Shown here piece after piece: positions 28,395 through 41,306 of a stretch of DNA of 64,000 nucleotides (its first letter is position 1; each line of letters starts with the position of its first letter). A program made the position numbers and the translations under genes. Where the stretch lies: contig NW_026889790.1 in the NCBI RefSeq assembly GCF_033153115.1, positions 3,596,001-3,660,000 of the forward strand, read 5' to 3'. Origin of the DNA: Saccostrea echinata. Lineage: Eukaryota. The notes under the pieces are model-generated. The model had not been told where the DNA came from and searched no databases. It was given only the letters and a program-made list of their open reading frames with translations.

Positions 28395-31365
28395 TTATGT
28401 TCCCAGATTGACCAGCAGTGGGTGGGTCATGTTTTTTATCATGATGCCTTGTATTCTTGTCAGTGTAGCAGTCTGTATTTTGCTGAATTCATATTGGAGT
28501 GATCGTTGGTAAGAGTACAAAGCAGCCTCGAGATTCGGAGGGTCTGACATCTGCTGACAAATCCCCAGGATCTGCCATGATATGTCTTTAAGATGTAGGG
28601 CTACGTACTTTCCCTCATCATAATGCACTAAGGTATATAGATCATCTAAAGCTGTGTGTGCTCTTGTCATGTCAACATGTCTACTGCACAAAAAATCCAA
28701 CATGTGCAAGAGGACAAAGGGTGGTACCAATAGTCCATCCCTTTGTCCTGGTATAGTACACTGTAGTTCCATCATTAATTCATTGATGTAACAGATATCA
28801 GCCAGAAGCATAATGTCGTGAGCTACAGCCTTTCTCATCTTTGTAGACCAGGTCTGTCCTCTTAGCGCCTCTCTATACCTCTCTGCGTCCACGTGTACCC
28901 AATACATAACAAATGGTTTTGATAGTCTGGCCTTTGACATCTCTATCACAGTTAAGGCTTTCTGGTACCTAAATGTCTTGTAATAATACATAGCAATGTA
29001 TAACATGTAAGAAATTAACCCAAACTTGGCTGTTACTTTCAACATATAACATGACATTTTGTCAGCGACGTACACCAGTTTATTAATACCAGTGTATGCG
29101 TACTTGGTATGCAACATAAATGCAGCTAAGTATAGTGTATAGGCTATCATATTTTGTAACATGACAATTTCATACGATGAAGCTGATGAAGCTATCAATT
29201 GTTCGATTTTTTGAAGATATTTCAAACATTGTTGAAAGTCTGCATTGCGTAGATCAAACTGTCTTAAATTACAGAATACATCAGTATCAAATTCGACTTC
29301 AGACGTCACGTAACGTTCATCTGTAAAAACGAAACCCCTAGGATTGTAGAGAACCTTTATGATATGTGATCTTATGGAAGGACTCTGTAACAGAGATGCC
29401 AACCCGGTCACGTATAATGAATGTAACCATAAAAATAACCTATTTTGTGCTTCCCCATATATCTTCACTAAAAACATATTGTTTTGAGGAATGAAAAAGT
29501 TTGGACAGATCCCATCGTACACCCACTGTAGGATGACTTTAAAACAGATCCAGAAACACTCCAAAAGATTCTGTGGACACCAGCAGGAAATGATGTTTTT
29601 CTGAATCACCCAAAACACTGCTGTTTTCATGTGATAGGAACAAAGCAGTTTGCTATTGTTTTCTGATCCTTCGTTATCTTCAAACTGGTGATTTAAGACC
29701 TCTTTCAGGAACAATTTTAACAATCCATAAACCAGGAACTGGCAGTGGTTCATCGAGTACACAAGTTTCTGTTCTGCCAGAGAAAAAGAAATTCTCCATT
29801 CTTTACTTTGATGGAGCCCTAGTGGATGTCCAATTGGTACCAAGTGGCATCCTCTCTTAACTATATCTCTTACAACTTGAGCTGGAGGCCACACGTGACA
29901 TCTCTCTATCCATAACGAGGCAGCTGGAGGCCAAAAGTCAGAGGCAAGACAGTAAGCATTATCAAAATCTATTCCAATTACATTTCCACTTCCACAGGGT
30001 CCACTGAAAGTAGAAATTTGGAATTTAGAACACATAATTTCCTTGTATACTGAACTAGAAATATAAAATCTTCTATTTTTCATGAAACAGGCCAAGAAAA
30101 TATCTCTGTTCCAAGGTGGTGTCAGTATCTGAAGCAGAGAAAATCCTGGTGGACTTTCAGAAGAATCAGAGATAATTATTGTTTTTCCATTTATATTTTG
30201 AAATTGACGCCGGTCCCAGATTACCCGATGATCAGTAGGCCAAAACATTCTGTCTACATCGGATCCTGTCAAATTGAACCCTTCTCGTCTACTTCCACTC
30301 AGCATATACCTCGTGTTGTTATTGGCTTTCCCTTGTCTTTTCACTGTCTCATTAATGTCCGCCATATTTCTCCTCATGGCAACTTGTTGTGAGGTTCCTA
30401 TTTTGTGACACAATCCAACAAACACAGATTCCGAAATGTGCTGGATTCCTTCATATCTGAGAGAAAAAGTAAAATACATTTTTAGAATAAAAATTGAAAG
30501 GCAGTGAGGAGTATATGATATGAATATTGAAAATTGCTCTGTCGTATTTATATGTCCATTGCGACAAATGAATTTCCATTCTCAATTGTATGAACTCTAG
30601 TCCACTGTTGCTTCGAATTTTAAGAATCTCTCAGCATTTTTTTTATATGGGGACTCAGGTTTGACTGTACGTCGATCCACCTCCCCTAAAACCTTACGTA
30701 TTGTAAAATCTTTAAATCACTTTGCAATGATGTAGTAATATATTTAATAAATTCAAACGGATATTTCAAACCAATTGTTAGGCCTTTGTTTTTATACTAA
30801 GTGTGACTACGGCTTATTCCATCTACTTGTTCAATACATAGGGTCATTTGACGTGTGCGACCAGTCAACAGGGGATGCTTACTCCTCCAATGCACCTGAT
30901 CCCACATCTGGAAATTCCATGGGCCCCCGTTTTATGCGTGTTCACAGATTTGTATTGTTTGTCGGTTAAAGGTTATGCTACGATAAATCAGACAAAGGTC
31001 CTCAGATACATCTCACCAGTGGGAGAGTTCTCCATGACCAATTATGGGTTCGAACCAGGAACGCAAGAATATTTCTTAACATCGAGATTTTGAATAAAAG
31101 GTGAAATTGAACCTTACATTCCGGATTGTAAGTATGTTCACAGGAACTCTTTTCCGTATATTTTATACCCATAGATTACAAACTTGCCATGGCATGATGC
31201 CAATAAATGCTTAAAAGCAGACAGGAATAAATTTTTAGTACAGGAAACAAAACAGAAATAAGGTAATCAATCCTTTAAACAATTATATTCCCCATAGATA
31301 AGGACGAGGGATTCACCAAGTTGTATAGAATAGTGCACTTACAGAGTCGGTGGTAAAGAAGCCAT
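28395..31365 (-). CDS. Mab-21/cGAS-like receptor (cGLR) nucleotidyltransferase with helical, TPR-like C-terminus, ~694 aa. Exons 31343-31365 and 28395-30456
   Basis: NTase motif SGSRREGFNLTGSDVD, third Asp in DFDNAYCL, Mab-21 motifs GCHLVPIG, WRISFSLAE, LCSYHMKTAVFW, CPNFFIP. Mini-exon ATG GCT TCT TTA CCA CCG ACT CT|GTAAGT (phase 2) matches the phase-2 acceptor ttctctcag|A at 30456. Confidence 0.9.
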
Positions 31366-32739
31366 TTTCTTCGATCAGAGAAAATTTTCAAAGCTAATAT
31401 TGGCTCTGGGAAATTTATCCGGTAATTTAAACATTACACTTTCAGTTTGTATTTTCTATTGGAGCTTTAATAGATATGCACAAATGTCTATTACATTTAC
31501 CCCAATTCATTGCTTGCCTTATTCACAAAATGACTTAATGGTCTATTGGTCTTTCAGTTGATCAGTCATAACCGTAGCGTACGAAGTGGAAGCTATAGTT
31601 AACGACATTAATCTATATGTAACATCTCTAAACCATGGTTTACGTCTAAATATTTACATTGCATTTGCATTTTTTCCCTTAATATTCTTTGCAAATTAGA
31701 AAAAGATCATTTTCTCATGAACTACCACGGACGAGCAAGAATATTTCCACTGTGAAGACGATGTCTTAACTATAGTGCAAACTGTTTTGTTTTAAAAATG
31801 ATCATTGAATGACCTAAAATTGTGTCAAGTCATCAGGCAAATAATGTAAATATATAAGAATTTAATGTAATTTTTGAGAATTCATGAGGTCCATGAACTA
31901 CAACGCTCGCATTTTCATCATGAAGTATTATACCGCTCTTCATGAAATGTACAGGCTTGAAGTGTCGCAGTTCATATATCCTCATGTGTTGACAATACTG
32001 TCGCTCTTTAGGATTCTAATGCAGGTTCGAAGCGTTTGGAGATTTCATATTTGGTCCAAGGTTCTGTTGGCCAGTTTTAACACGAAAATAATATGCTTTG
32101 GAATAAAAAAAATTCAGTAGAAGGTTTGGAAATTTTAATCAAAACATTCGATCGTCAAAGACGCAGTGAGAATAAATCAACTCTGTGATTTACTATGCCG
32201 TTGCAGAAAAAAATAACCCGCGTAATATTTCTTTGCAATAGCTGCGACGTTTATTTCCGTTTTTACAAATAAAGAAAGGCATTTTATTGTTTATATTTAT
32301 GTCTGTGTTATAAAACAATGAAAGTTGAATATGTTAAATATTGTATCATAGATGTGTGTGTCAGTGTATGCATAATTGACTGAAGCGCCGTTGCTCAAGA
32401 AATCTTTTGCGGGTGTCTTTAAATTCTTAGCAGCGTTAACTGACTGATAAACGGCAATGGTTTTCAGAAGAAATAAAGGAAATAATATTTAGTGGATGTA
32501 AATATTTATGTATTACCTGTGATAAAGAAGAAATTTTAAATATATAGAAGTTGGCTCTGGGACGATTGAAATCCAAATCATATTTGCTTGTTTGCTTAAC
32601 GGCCTTTTGATGATTTTTTCAACAAACTCGTTTAAAGTCGGCATTTCTATGGTCGCTATTATGACCTTGTTAGCAAATATAACCTATCATAGGGTGGTAA
32701 TTTGGCTGACTTGTTTCATATCAAATGTTAGGCCTTTGT

Positions 32740-34009
32740 TTTTATGCCCCCGGATCGAAAGATCCCGGTGGTATATTGTTTTTGTCCTGTCTGTCTGTTT
32801 TTCTGTTTATCTGTTTGTCTGTTGTCAACTTTAACCTTGCCCATAACTTTTGATTGGTTGGAGCTATGACTTTCATATTTCACATGTGTATTCCTTGTGA
32901 CTAGACCTTTCTTTGGGTACCATCATATTTACCTTTTGACCTTGCCCTTGGAGTTTGACCCACTTTTGCAAAATTTTATGAGACTTTAACCTTGGCCATA
33001 ACTTCTGAACAATTGGTGCCTGGGGTTTCAAACTTCACGTGTGTATTGTTTGTGACAAGGCCTTCCTTTGGATACCAACAACTTTGACCCTTTGACCTTG
33101 ATCTAGGAGTGTGACCTACTTTTGAAAAACTTTAACCTTGGCCATAACTTTTGAACAGTTGGAGCTTGGGGTTTCAAAATTCACATGTGTATTCCTTGTG
33201 ACAGGACCTTCCTCTGGATATCAACCTCTTTGACCCTTTGACCTTGATCTAGGAGTGTGACCTACTTTTGAAAAACTTTAACCTTGGCCATAACTTTTGA
33301 ACGGTTAGAGCTAGGGCTTTCATACTTCAAATATGTAATCCTTGTGACAAGACCTTCCTTTGGATACCAACCACTTTGACCTTTGACCTTGACCTAGGTG
33401 TTTGACCTACTTTTGAAAAACTTTAACCTTGGCCATAACTTTTGAATGGTTGTTGCTAGGGCTTTCATACTTCACATATGTAATCCTTGTGACATCACCT
33501 TCCTTTGGATACCAACCACTTTGACCCTTTGACCTTGACATAGGAGTTTGACCTACTTTTGAAAAACTTTAACCTTGGCCATAATTTTTGAATGGTTGGT
33601 GCTAGGGCTTTCATACTTCACATACGTAGTCCTTGTGACAAGACCTTCCTTTGCATACCAACCACTTTGACCCTTTGACATTGACATAGGAGTTTGACCT
33701 ACTTTCGAAAAACTTTAATCTTGGCCATAACTTTTGAATGGTTGGTGCTAGGGCTTTCATACTTTACATATGTAATCCTTGTGACAAGACCTTCCTTTGG
33801 ATATCAACAACTTTGACCTTGACCTTGATGTTTTACTTACTTTTAAAAAACTTTAACCTTCGCCATTACTCTTGAACAGTTGCAGCAAGGGCTTTCAAAT
33901 TTAACATTTTTTATCTTTTGGCCTGGATTTTGACTTGCATTTGAGAAACTTTAACCTTCGCCATAAGCTGCCATACGGGGGCATCAGTGTTTCACCAACA
34001 CATCTTGTT
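32740..34009 (+). mobile_element. Non-autonomous Helentron/pearl-type element with ~146-bp tandem core (~7 units), inserted in a Penelope-like fragment (32626-32739 + 34010-34232)
   Basis: Starts ttttatgcccccggatcgaaagatcc, then (tctg)n; period 145-146 (tttaaccttg at 33131, 33277, 33422, 33568); ends ggggcatcagtgtttcaccaacacatcttgtt. Confidence 0.85.
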
Positions 34010-34493
34010 ATTTCTGATTTTAGACTGAATTAGACACCGGAATATTCCGTCTGCCTGATCAATACATGGGGCTCACGGCGGGTGTGACCAGTCAACAGGG
34101 GATGCTAACTCCTCCAAGGCACCTGATCCCACCTCTGAAATTTCTAGGGGCCGTGTTTTACGCGCTCTCCACATTTTTTTTTATATAGATTTTTTGATAT
34201 CGATCACTGTTCGTTATATTCACCCTTTTCACTCATTATTGATAAATTATTGTTATTTTAACTTGACAAAATAAAGGAACAATATGCATTTTCCTCTGAA
34301 GAAGTTGTCGCTCTTATCAGAGAATCAACGAACCTTAAAGAGCAAACATGAAACATCCGTTTTGCAAAACATCTACCATGCTATCAGGGGACTAATTTTC
34401 AATGAAGAACAACAAAACCAGAAAAAATGACCATACTATTACATTTGAAAAACAGAAAACATTTTGCTTAGAAAACTGGTAATGGGAATAAAT

Positions 34494-34831
34494 CTATGTC
34501 TTTGTGTACATTAAATAAATGCACGGACTATAACTAAACAACTCATTCAGTACTAATACTCTTAACACGTTGTTGTTTATTTCTTCTCTGGGTTTTTCTA
34601 CCTCCTTCGTCTCCTTGGATTCAGATGAACTCAGCATTTCTTCTTCCACCACTTCCGCCGGACTTGGAAAGTCCACGTATTCCTTTTCGATGTTGAGATC
34701 CGCCTCAGCCTCCAGGTCTCGGATTTTTTTCAGTTCATCTGAGAGCACCTGTTCCTCCACCTCGTCCTCTCTTACCTCCTCCTGTCTAAGTTCAATAACA
34801 AAAAAGACGTTACAGACGTCATCGGTGTAAC
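34494..34831 (-). CDS. Duplicated last exon of the acidic secreted protein gene (alternative last exon, paralog or pseudo-exon) with frameshifted, extended C-terminus
   Basis: ~34262-34900 is clearly homologous to ~42298-43060. Peptide GYTDDVCNVFFVIELRQEEVREDEVEEQVLSDELKKIRDL...; a 1-nt insertion near the end removes the paralog's stop codon. Confidence 0.5.
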
Positions 34832-36269
34832 CTGTCAGAAAAATAACATATCTACATCCAGTGCAGAAAAAAATGACAGACATCATTTGTAAACCTTCAG
34901 ATAAATTAAAATTTAAAAAAAAAAATCGGTAATGCAATGCAGTCCAAGGGAATTTCCGGCAATCGCAAACACTGGCTTTGACGAGCACATATTTTAGGTG
35001 CGGATCAAAGAATTTTGTCGTTGACGGAATGCTTTTAAAGAGAGCAGCAAAACGGAAATATGAAGTGGGATATCTGCCGAAAATCTTGTCCGAAAATTTG
35101 TGTGCACCCATAACTGAAATAGAGAGGTCATTTTTTTTTATTCACGCGATAGGGCATCAATTTCGTTTCCATACCATGAAATTTCAAATAGGACAGGGGT
35201 CTAGTACAAAGGAAGAGATCACATGTTGAACCAGTGCTTGATTGTAAACTATTTGTTTGGTTTTTATTAATTTAGTTTGTACAATTAAAAGTAATTTATA
35301 CATTTCTCTTTCATTTATCAGTATAAAGTAAACTTTTCAAAACTCCAAAAGATTTATTCCTGAGCGAAGCGAGTCTTCGGGTCAGAGATTTAACAAATTA
35401 ATACACAGTACATGGTTTACACAACAAATTAAATCCTTTCTTTTCTATCCACTTCTTAAAGTTCTTTTATGCTTCTTATTATTTCGGCCACTGTACAAAA
35501 TGGAGACCTTCCGAAATGTTATTTCTGCCTGTACAGGTAGGTAGGTTTAAAAAACAGAAATATTCAAACTAAGATCTGTACGATGTATACATCAAATCAT
35601 TGTTCCTTTGGGACTTTGAAGCACTATTTGAAGTGGACATTAGTTACATATTAACAGGTTAAAAAGTGATAAATTGATATGGTAACGATGATTAGACAAA
35701 CATAAAATTTTTCACAAAACGAAAAAATCTGGATGAGAAGATAGATGTCCATCCAAGGTACATGTATATGTATTTCAGACTGAATGTCTTTCTTTGTTGA
35801 TTGGCCTTTCTTGTACATTAATAAGCGAAGCGAGAACTCAGGTAAATATCAGCATATGTAGGTTTTACCTGGTGCCTTCAAGTAATTATCTTTGTTTGAG
35901 GTGTGAACCACGTGTAAGTTGGTAAACCTCTTACGAACACCGAGTCCCTTACTTGGATTGGGGGCAATGGGCAAGTGAAAGATTAAACAGCCTACCTTTA
36001 CAACCTCACAAAGCGTAGTTAATAGAGACGTGTTAAAGGGAAACTGGAGAAGTTGCATGAATAAGAGTACAAGACGATATCTCTGCAATCTCTTGATGTG
36101 AAGAAAAACAAACAAAAAAAAGGAATTTTGAAATGAAAATTTAAAAAAATTAGACCATTGCCTTTCGTTCTATTACATAAAATTAGATGTAGCTAATGAA
36201 TAAATACCAGTGTAGTCTACAAATGGTCATTAGTCACGATTATACTGCCGGTGTAAAAGACTCAATTTT

Positions 36270-36590
36270 CTCGTTTAAAGTCATCATTTCGTAAGTTCTC
36301 TGGTCGATACAATGACCTTGTCAGCAAATACAATTTATCATTAAATCAAATGCTGACTGGCATTTTTCATACTAATTGTTAGGCCATTATTTACACACTA
36401 AATTGACGACGGATTTTTCCGTTATTTCCCGACCATGACAAGGAGCGGGTGTGACCGGTCGGCAGGGGATGCTCACTCCTCCATGGCACCTGATCCCACA
36501 TCTGCTGTTTCAGATGTCCGTGTTTGCTCTGCTCCTGATTTATATTGTTTAAATGGACGTTTGAACTTGAATATTGTTCGTTTTCTTCAA
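36270..36590 (+). mobile_element. 3' fragment of Penelope-like RT retroelement
   Basis: Closely similar to 48917-49240. Confidence 0.75.
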
Positions 36591-36954
36591 ATATTTTATT
36601 GTTTATGTAGTTGCTCACCAACGTGCAAATTACATAATAGAAATATTGATTTTAGTAGTCACTAGACTGCGGCTATATTTTATTTGATAATTTACTGCTT
36701 AAGGTAAGGATCCTTCTAGTAAAATATACAAGGAGAAAAACTTTCTGCCTTTTTTTGATACATTTAAATTGTCCTTTGTTCGCAAAGAAACTCTTAAATG
36801 TGGGAAAATGAAAACTCAAACTTTTGTCTCATAAGATTATATTGAAGGATGGGAAAGAAATGTTAATTGATCCTCTCTCTCTCTCTCTCTCTCTTTCTTA
36901 TCAGTGATCATATTTCTTGGCCATAACGCAAGAACCTTTGATTACTAGAATGAA

Positions 36955-38536
36955 ATACAGAGATAACGAACAGTATTCAAGCTCAAAGTCCATTAAAACA
37001 ATATAAATCGGGAACAGAGCAAACACTGACCTCCAAAAACTATATAAGTTGCTACAGTCTTTGTCGGCCGGATTTATAAATAGTAAGTCATGTTATGAAA
37101 TATATGGAGATAACGAACAGCATTCAAGCTCAAAAGTCCATCACACAATACAAAATAGGAGCAGAGCAAACACGGACCTCCAAACATCAGAGGTGGGATC
37201 AGGTGTCATGGAGGAGTGAACATAGACCGGTCACATCCGCCGTATGCTCCTTGTCATGATCGGAAAATAACGGAAAATCCATTGACAATTCAGTGTGGAA
37301 TAATGACCCAACAATTAGTATGAAAAACGTCAGTCAGCATATGACTTAATGATAGATTGTATTTGTTGACAAGGTCATTGTATCGACCATAGAACTTACA
37401 AAATGATGGCTTTAAACGAGACTGTAGATATTCTTGTTTCATCAACTTGTTTGTCAATAACTTACCTAGTATTAGAAATTGTTCATACGTAGAGCTTACT
37501 CTTGCGTATCGAATCAACTACGAGGGGTTATCAAAAAGCGCCATAAAATTAAAACCGCTTTAGGTACATCAATAAATTTTAAGACATTTAGTTAGCATCA
37601 TCTTTTCTATCTATAGAGTAAACCACAAATCAGTAGTTTTGTTTTTTGATAAATTGTTAATGTTTTTGTAAGCAATGGTATGTCCAGGCGGCGCAACCTC
37701 GAACTTAACGTTTTTTTCTACCTGAGTGTAACTTAGAAAAACTCTTTTAATATAAATATTTGTCATCCAAAAATCCCGTTAATTCAGGCATGTGATATGA
37801 CACAACTGTTCCGTAAAATTTGTACCTCATTCTGTAAGTTCTATTAAATTTTATCGTAAACTTCATATGGAGTGTACAAACAATTAAGGGCTTGAAAATG
37901 ACGTCAAAGAGGGGGAGGGGTTTCTTTTTCCAACATTTTATAAAGTAGCCGCTGGAAAAACTGCTATAGCCTTAGGGAATGTTTAAACGGACTACAGAGA
38001 AAGAAAATCCACCCAGAGTACTTTTTATAAACGCGGAAAAAGAATCACAGAGATGAGAGATGCACAGTTAATTTCAATTTGTAGTCGGGGCGTCAAAAGT
38101 CAGTCACGTCGAAAAGCGACGTTGATCATGTCTGGTAGATATTGAACTCCGACAAGCAAAATATGCTGGCATAATCAAGTGAGGATCTTTACATATGTAT
38201 AGACCCATCTGCAATATTATATGCATTTAAAGCAGCTGTTCGTGACATTGTAAAGTCATATAAACAAGACAAGTTTAAGTCCTTACTTAACTCCAGGAAA
38301 TCTCATCAAGATAAATGTATGAGGTAGAGGGAGCGGACATTGAGAAACTATGACGTCGTCGAACGTAATGAAACTAAACGGCGACAGCGCCGGTTGATCA
38401 TTTAATGCCTTTTTTATTTTATAATAATTTGGCAAATTATCAACGTTACAAGCTAAAATTTTCAACATTTCTTAAACTTTTGTTGTTTTATGTACCTTAT
38501 AAATTTTGTAAGCACAGACTTCATAGTATTAATTTT

Positions 38537-38574
<38 letters not shown>

Positions 38575-39080
38575 TTGCTGCATAAGTAAGGGAAGTTGAC
38601 GATTGAAAAGTTAAAGTCATCACGTTTATCATAAAGCTTGGTTGTTAGACTACCTTTAACGTCTTTTTCTAGTAAAATATCCAAATATGAAACAGATGTG
38701 TCAGACTCTGTGGTATCTTTTTTTCAAGCCCACTGGGATATATTGTGTCGACATATGGATGGAAATAACTATTGTTAATTGATAATACGTCGTCGATATA
38801 TCTAAATGTTGAATTGAAGGCCATGGCAAGAGTTTTTTTAATGTATAAGATTTATAAGATTTTGTATAAAATTTTGAATAAATTCTGCTTCATATGAATA
38901 CAAAAATAGGTCTACTAACAACGGGGCGCAAAAGGGACCCATTGGAATTCCAACAGATTGTTAGAAGACCTGTTCTCCAAACACCACGTAGATATTGTCA
39001 ATCAGAAACTCAAGCATCTTTTAATATCAACTTCAGTGTACATATGTGTACAATCAGAATGTTTTTTGACAAAATAATTT
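36955..39080 (-). mobile_element. Penelope-like RT retroelement fragment split by a mariner insertion
   Basis: Minus-strand peptide IRYARVSSTYEQFL..GKLLTNKLMKQEY..SRLKPSFCKFYGRYNDLV. Continues after 38574 with YDKRDD, YIDD and GIPMG..CAPLL-like segments. Confidence 0.75.
37521..38572. mobile_element. Non-autonomous mariner element (1052 bp)
   Basis: Perfect 18-bp TIR CGAGGGGTTATCAAAAAG / CTTTTTGATAACCCCTCG, with TA on both flanks. Confidence 0.85.
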
Positions 39081-39622
39081 TGCAAATGAGTAGTGACAAG
39101 GTAAGGAAATCTAACGGTGCTACCCAAGGTCACACATCAAAGTTTAAGGTCAATATGCATTCTTAAATCCTGCAACTTCGAACAGTCGATTATAATACAT
39201 CGGTATTCAATCCCTTTGCTCATAAATGAGCTAACAGGGTTGAGCTAAAGGGGTTGTTTTATGCTGTAGGAAATATTTTTATAAGAGTCANNNNNNNNNN
39301 NNNNNNNNNNNNNNNNNNNNNNNNNNNNNNNNNNNNNNNNNNNNNNNNNNNNNNNNNNNNNNNNNNNNNNNNNNNNNNNNNNNNNNNNNNNNNNNNNNNN
39401 NNNNNNNNNNNNNNNNNNNNNNNNNNNNNNNNNNNNNNNNNNNNNNNNNNNNNNNNNNNNNNNNNNAATAATTTAACGGAGAACCTTATTCCACCTCCGA
39501 AATTCCAGTAATACTGGCCATTCTTATTAGTTAGTGTGGACTGATCTGATTATTTAATACAGGACTGTGATTTAATTCACTTCTATTTTCAGGGAGAAAA
39601 ATGGAGGTATGAAGCATCCAAT

Positions 39623-41245
39623 ATGTTACATCTGACAACTCAATGTAAAATACGTCAGTGTTCTCGTTGTCATGAATGTGTCTCGTACTATTGTAATACG
39701 TGCACTGAAGATATGTGTATCAGATGTAAGAAAATACATGTTCTTGATATAGATACATGTAATCATGAGGTCTTTATCTATCGTGAAAGGTATGCATCGC
39801 AGGTAAAGTTTGAGGGTTGTCCCAGACACCCAAACTCTCACTTTTCTAGATGGTGTCACACATGTAAAATTCCCGTATGTTACACCTGTATCAAAATACA
39901 TGAAAACCACGCAATTTCAGATATCAATCAAGAGTATCTAACAATCCGAGAAAAGTCTAGAGGAATTATTTCTAGAATTCGTGGTCAAAAAATTCCTAAC
40001 AATATTGCTATAAAGAAAGAAATTGAGCTGGAAATAGAAGCAGTGCCAAAGGAAGTGGACGTCTTTGGTCAAGGGTTGTACAAATCAGGAAGACAAATGA
40101 AAGGCCATACCAAAAACATCGCAAGATCTTATAATTGTGAGGATGTCAAGAGAAGATTGGTGTCTTTGTTTTGGAAACAAAAGACAAAATTGATTTGGCA
40201 AAATAAATTGTTGCAAAAAACAGAGGACATTTCTGTTTCAGCAAAAAACCCTGTTGAATTTTTACGATTCACAAAACACTTGCAAAAACGCAGATTTAGA
40301 ATTATGATTGAAGACATGCTCAAATTATCCTTTATATATGAGGAAAAAACCGTTACCAAAAATGATGTATGTCGGAAGCTAGATACCAAAGAAACAAACA
40401 TCCCAAAGAAAAGACATCCCCAAACGAATCTCATGTTAGAGTCCATGTCAACTCTATGGCTAAAGAAATCTCAAAGCGTCCCCCGTGTAAATCGCAGTGT
40501 TCACATTTCTTGTAATCCAGTAGATGGCCATTTCTGGGTGAGTGACCACGAACATATCTGTAGATCAGACAAAGATCACACACTTGAGATCGGCAGACAT
40601 GGATACGGGGAACACACGGTGACTGGTCAAGGAGAACTAATCTACATAGATCGTAATTATGATATAATTAAAGACTGTACCAAGAGAATTGTTCTGATCG
40701 ATGCAAAGGGAGGATGGAAGCCTAAGTGTATCTATTGTTCCCCTTTGACTGGAGACTTACTGGTTGGCATGGCGACAATAAATCACACAGCGGCTAAGGT
40801 AGTGCGATATCTAAGTTCTGGGGTGGAAAAACAGTCCATCCAGTATGATGACAGACAACAGGCTTTGTACACCTACCCCGCCTATGTTACGGAAAATCGT
40901 AACGGTGACATAATTGTGTCCGATAATTATGTCGTTATGGTGACTGACTATAAAGGAGGCGTTAGGTTCACTTACAGAGGGTCGCCAGATCAAGGACTCG
41001 CCCCACGGGGGGTCTGTACTGATCCATTGTTAAATATACTTGTGTGTGATTGTAGATCCCATGGTGTTCACATGCTTGATAAAGATGGAAATCTCCTAAC
41101 TGTTCTGTTACAATATGCAGAGAATTCGGCCGGTCCATGGGGTGTGAGTTATAATGAAATTGATCACGTGATATTAGTGAAAGGTGATACAAACAATAAA
41201 GTGGCGGTATATAGATATCTAAATCGAGCAAACTATTTACTTTGA
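39623..41245 (+). CDS. TRIM-like protein: two B-boxes, coiled coil, NHL-type beta-propeller (RING-less in this exon), 540 aa
   Basis: B-box1 CSRC...YYCNTCTEDMCIRCKKIH...H, B-box2 CPRH...WCHTCKIPVCYTCIKIHENH, NHL repeats (YPAYVTENRNGDIIVSD, PRGVCTDPLLNILVCD, PWGVSY). In-frame acceptor at 39593 may extend the N-terminus. Confidence 0.88.
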   Translation: MLHLTTQCKIRQCSRCHECVSYYCNTCTEDMCIRCKKIHVLDIDTCNHEVFIYRERYASQVKFEGCPRHPNSHFSRWCHTCKIPVCYTCIKIHENHAISDINQEYLTIREKSRGIISRIRGQKIPNNIAIKKEIELEIEAVPKEVDVFGQGLYKSGRQMKGHTKNIARSYNCEDVKRRLVSLFWKQKTKLIWQNKLLQKTEDISVSAKNPVEFLRFTKHLQKRRFRIMIEDMLKLSFIYEEKTVTKNDVCRKLDTKETNIPKKRHPQTNLMLESMSTLWLKKSQSVPRVNRSVHISCNPVDGHFWVSDHEHICRSDKDHTLEIGRHGYGEHTVTGQGELIYIDRNYDIIKDCTKRIVLIDAKGGWKPKCIYCSPLTGDLLVGMATINHTAAKVVRYLSSGVEKQSIQYDDRQQALYTYPAYVTENRNGDIIVSDNYVVMVTDYKGGVRFTYRGSPDQGLAPRGVCTDPLLNILVCDCRSHGVHMLDKDGNLLTVLLQYAENSAGPWGVSYNEIDHVILVKGDTNNKVAVYRYLNRANYLL

Positions 41246-41257
41246 AACTGAAAAAAA

Positions 41258-41260
<3 letters not shown>

Positions 41261-41302
<42 letters not shown>
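41261..41302. repeat. (TA)n microsatellite
   Basis: About 21 TA units just after the TRIM stop codon. Confidence 0.95.

Positions 41303-41306
<4 letters not shown>

Noticed and set aside
30457-30479. ORF-track start MYFTFSLR for the cGLR
   Set aside because: It is the polypyrimidine tract and acceptor of the intron; a phase-matched upstream exon exists at 31343-31365.
34832-35111. N-terminal half of the 205-aa ORF 34494-35111
   Set aside because: Homologous in part to intronic echo sequence of the paralog and low in coding character; likely an open intron frame.
40129-41231. Antisense ORFs within the TRIM gene (and similar ones within cGLR and DNAJC21)
   Set aside because: Short shadows of real coding sequence with no independent motifs.
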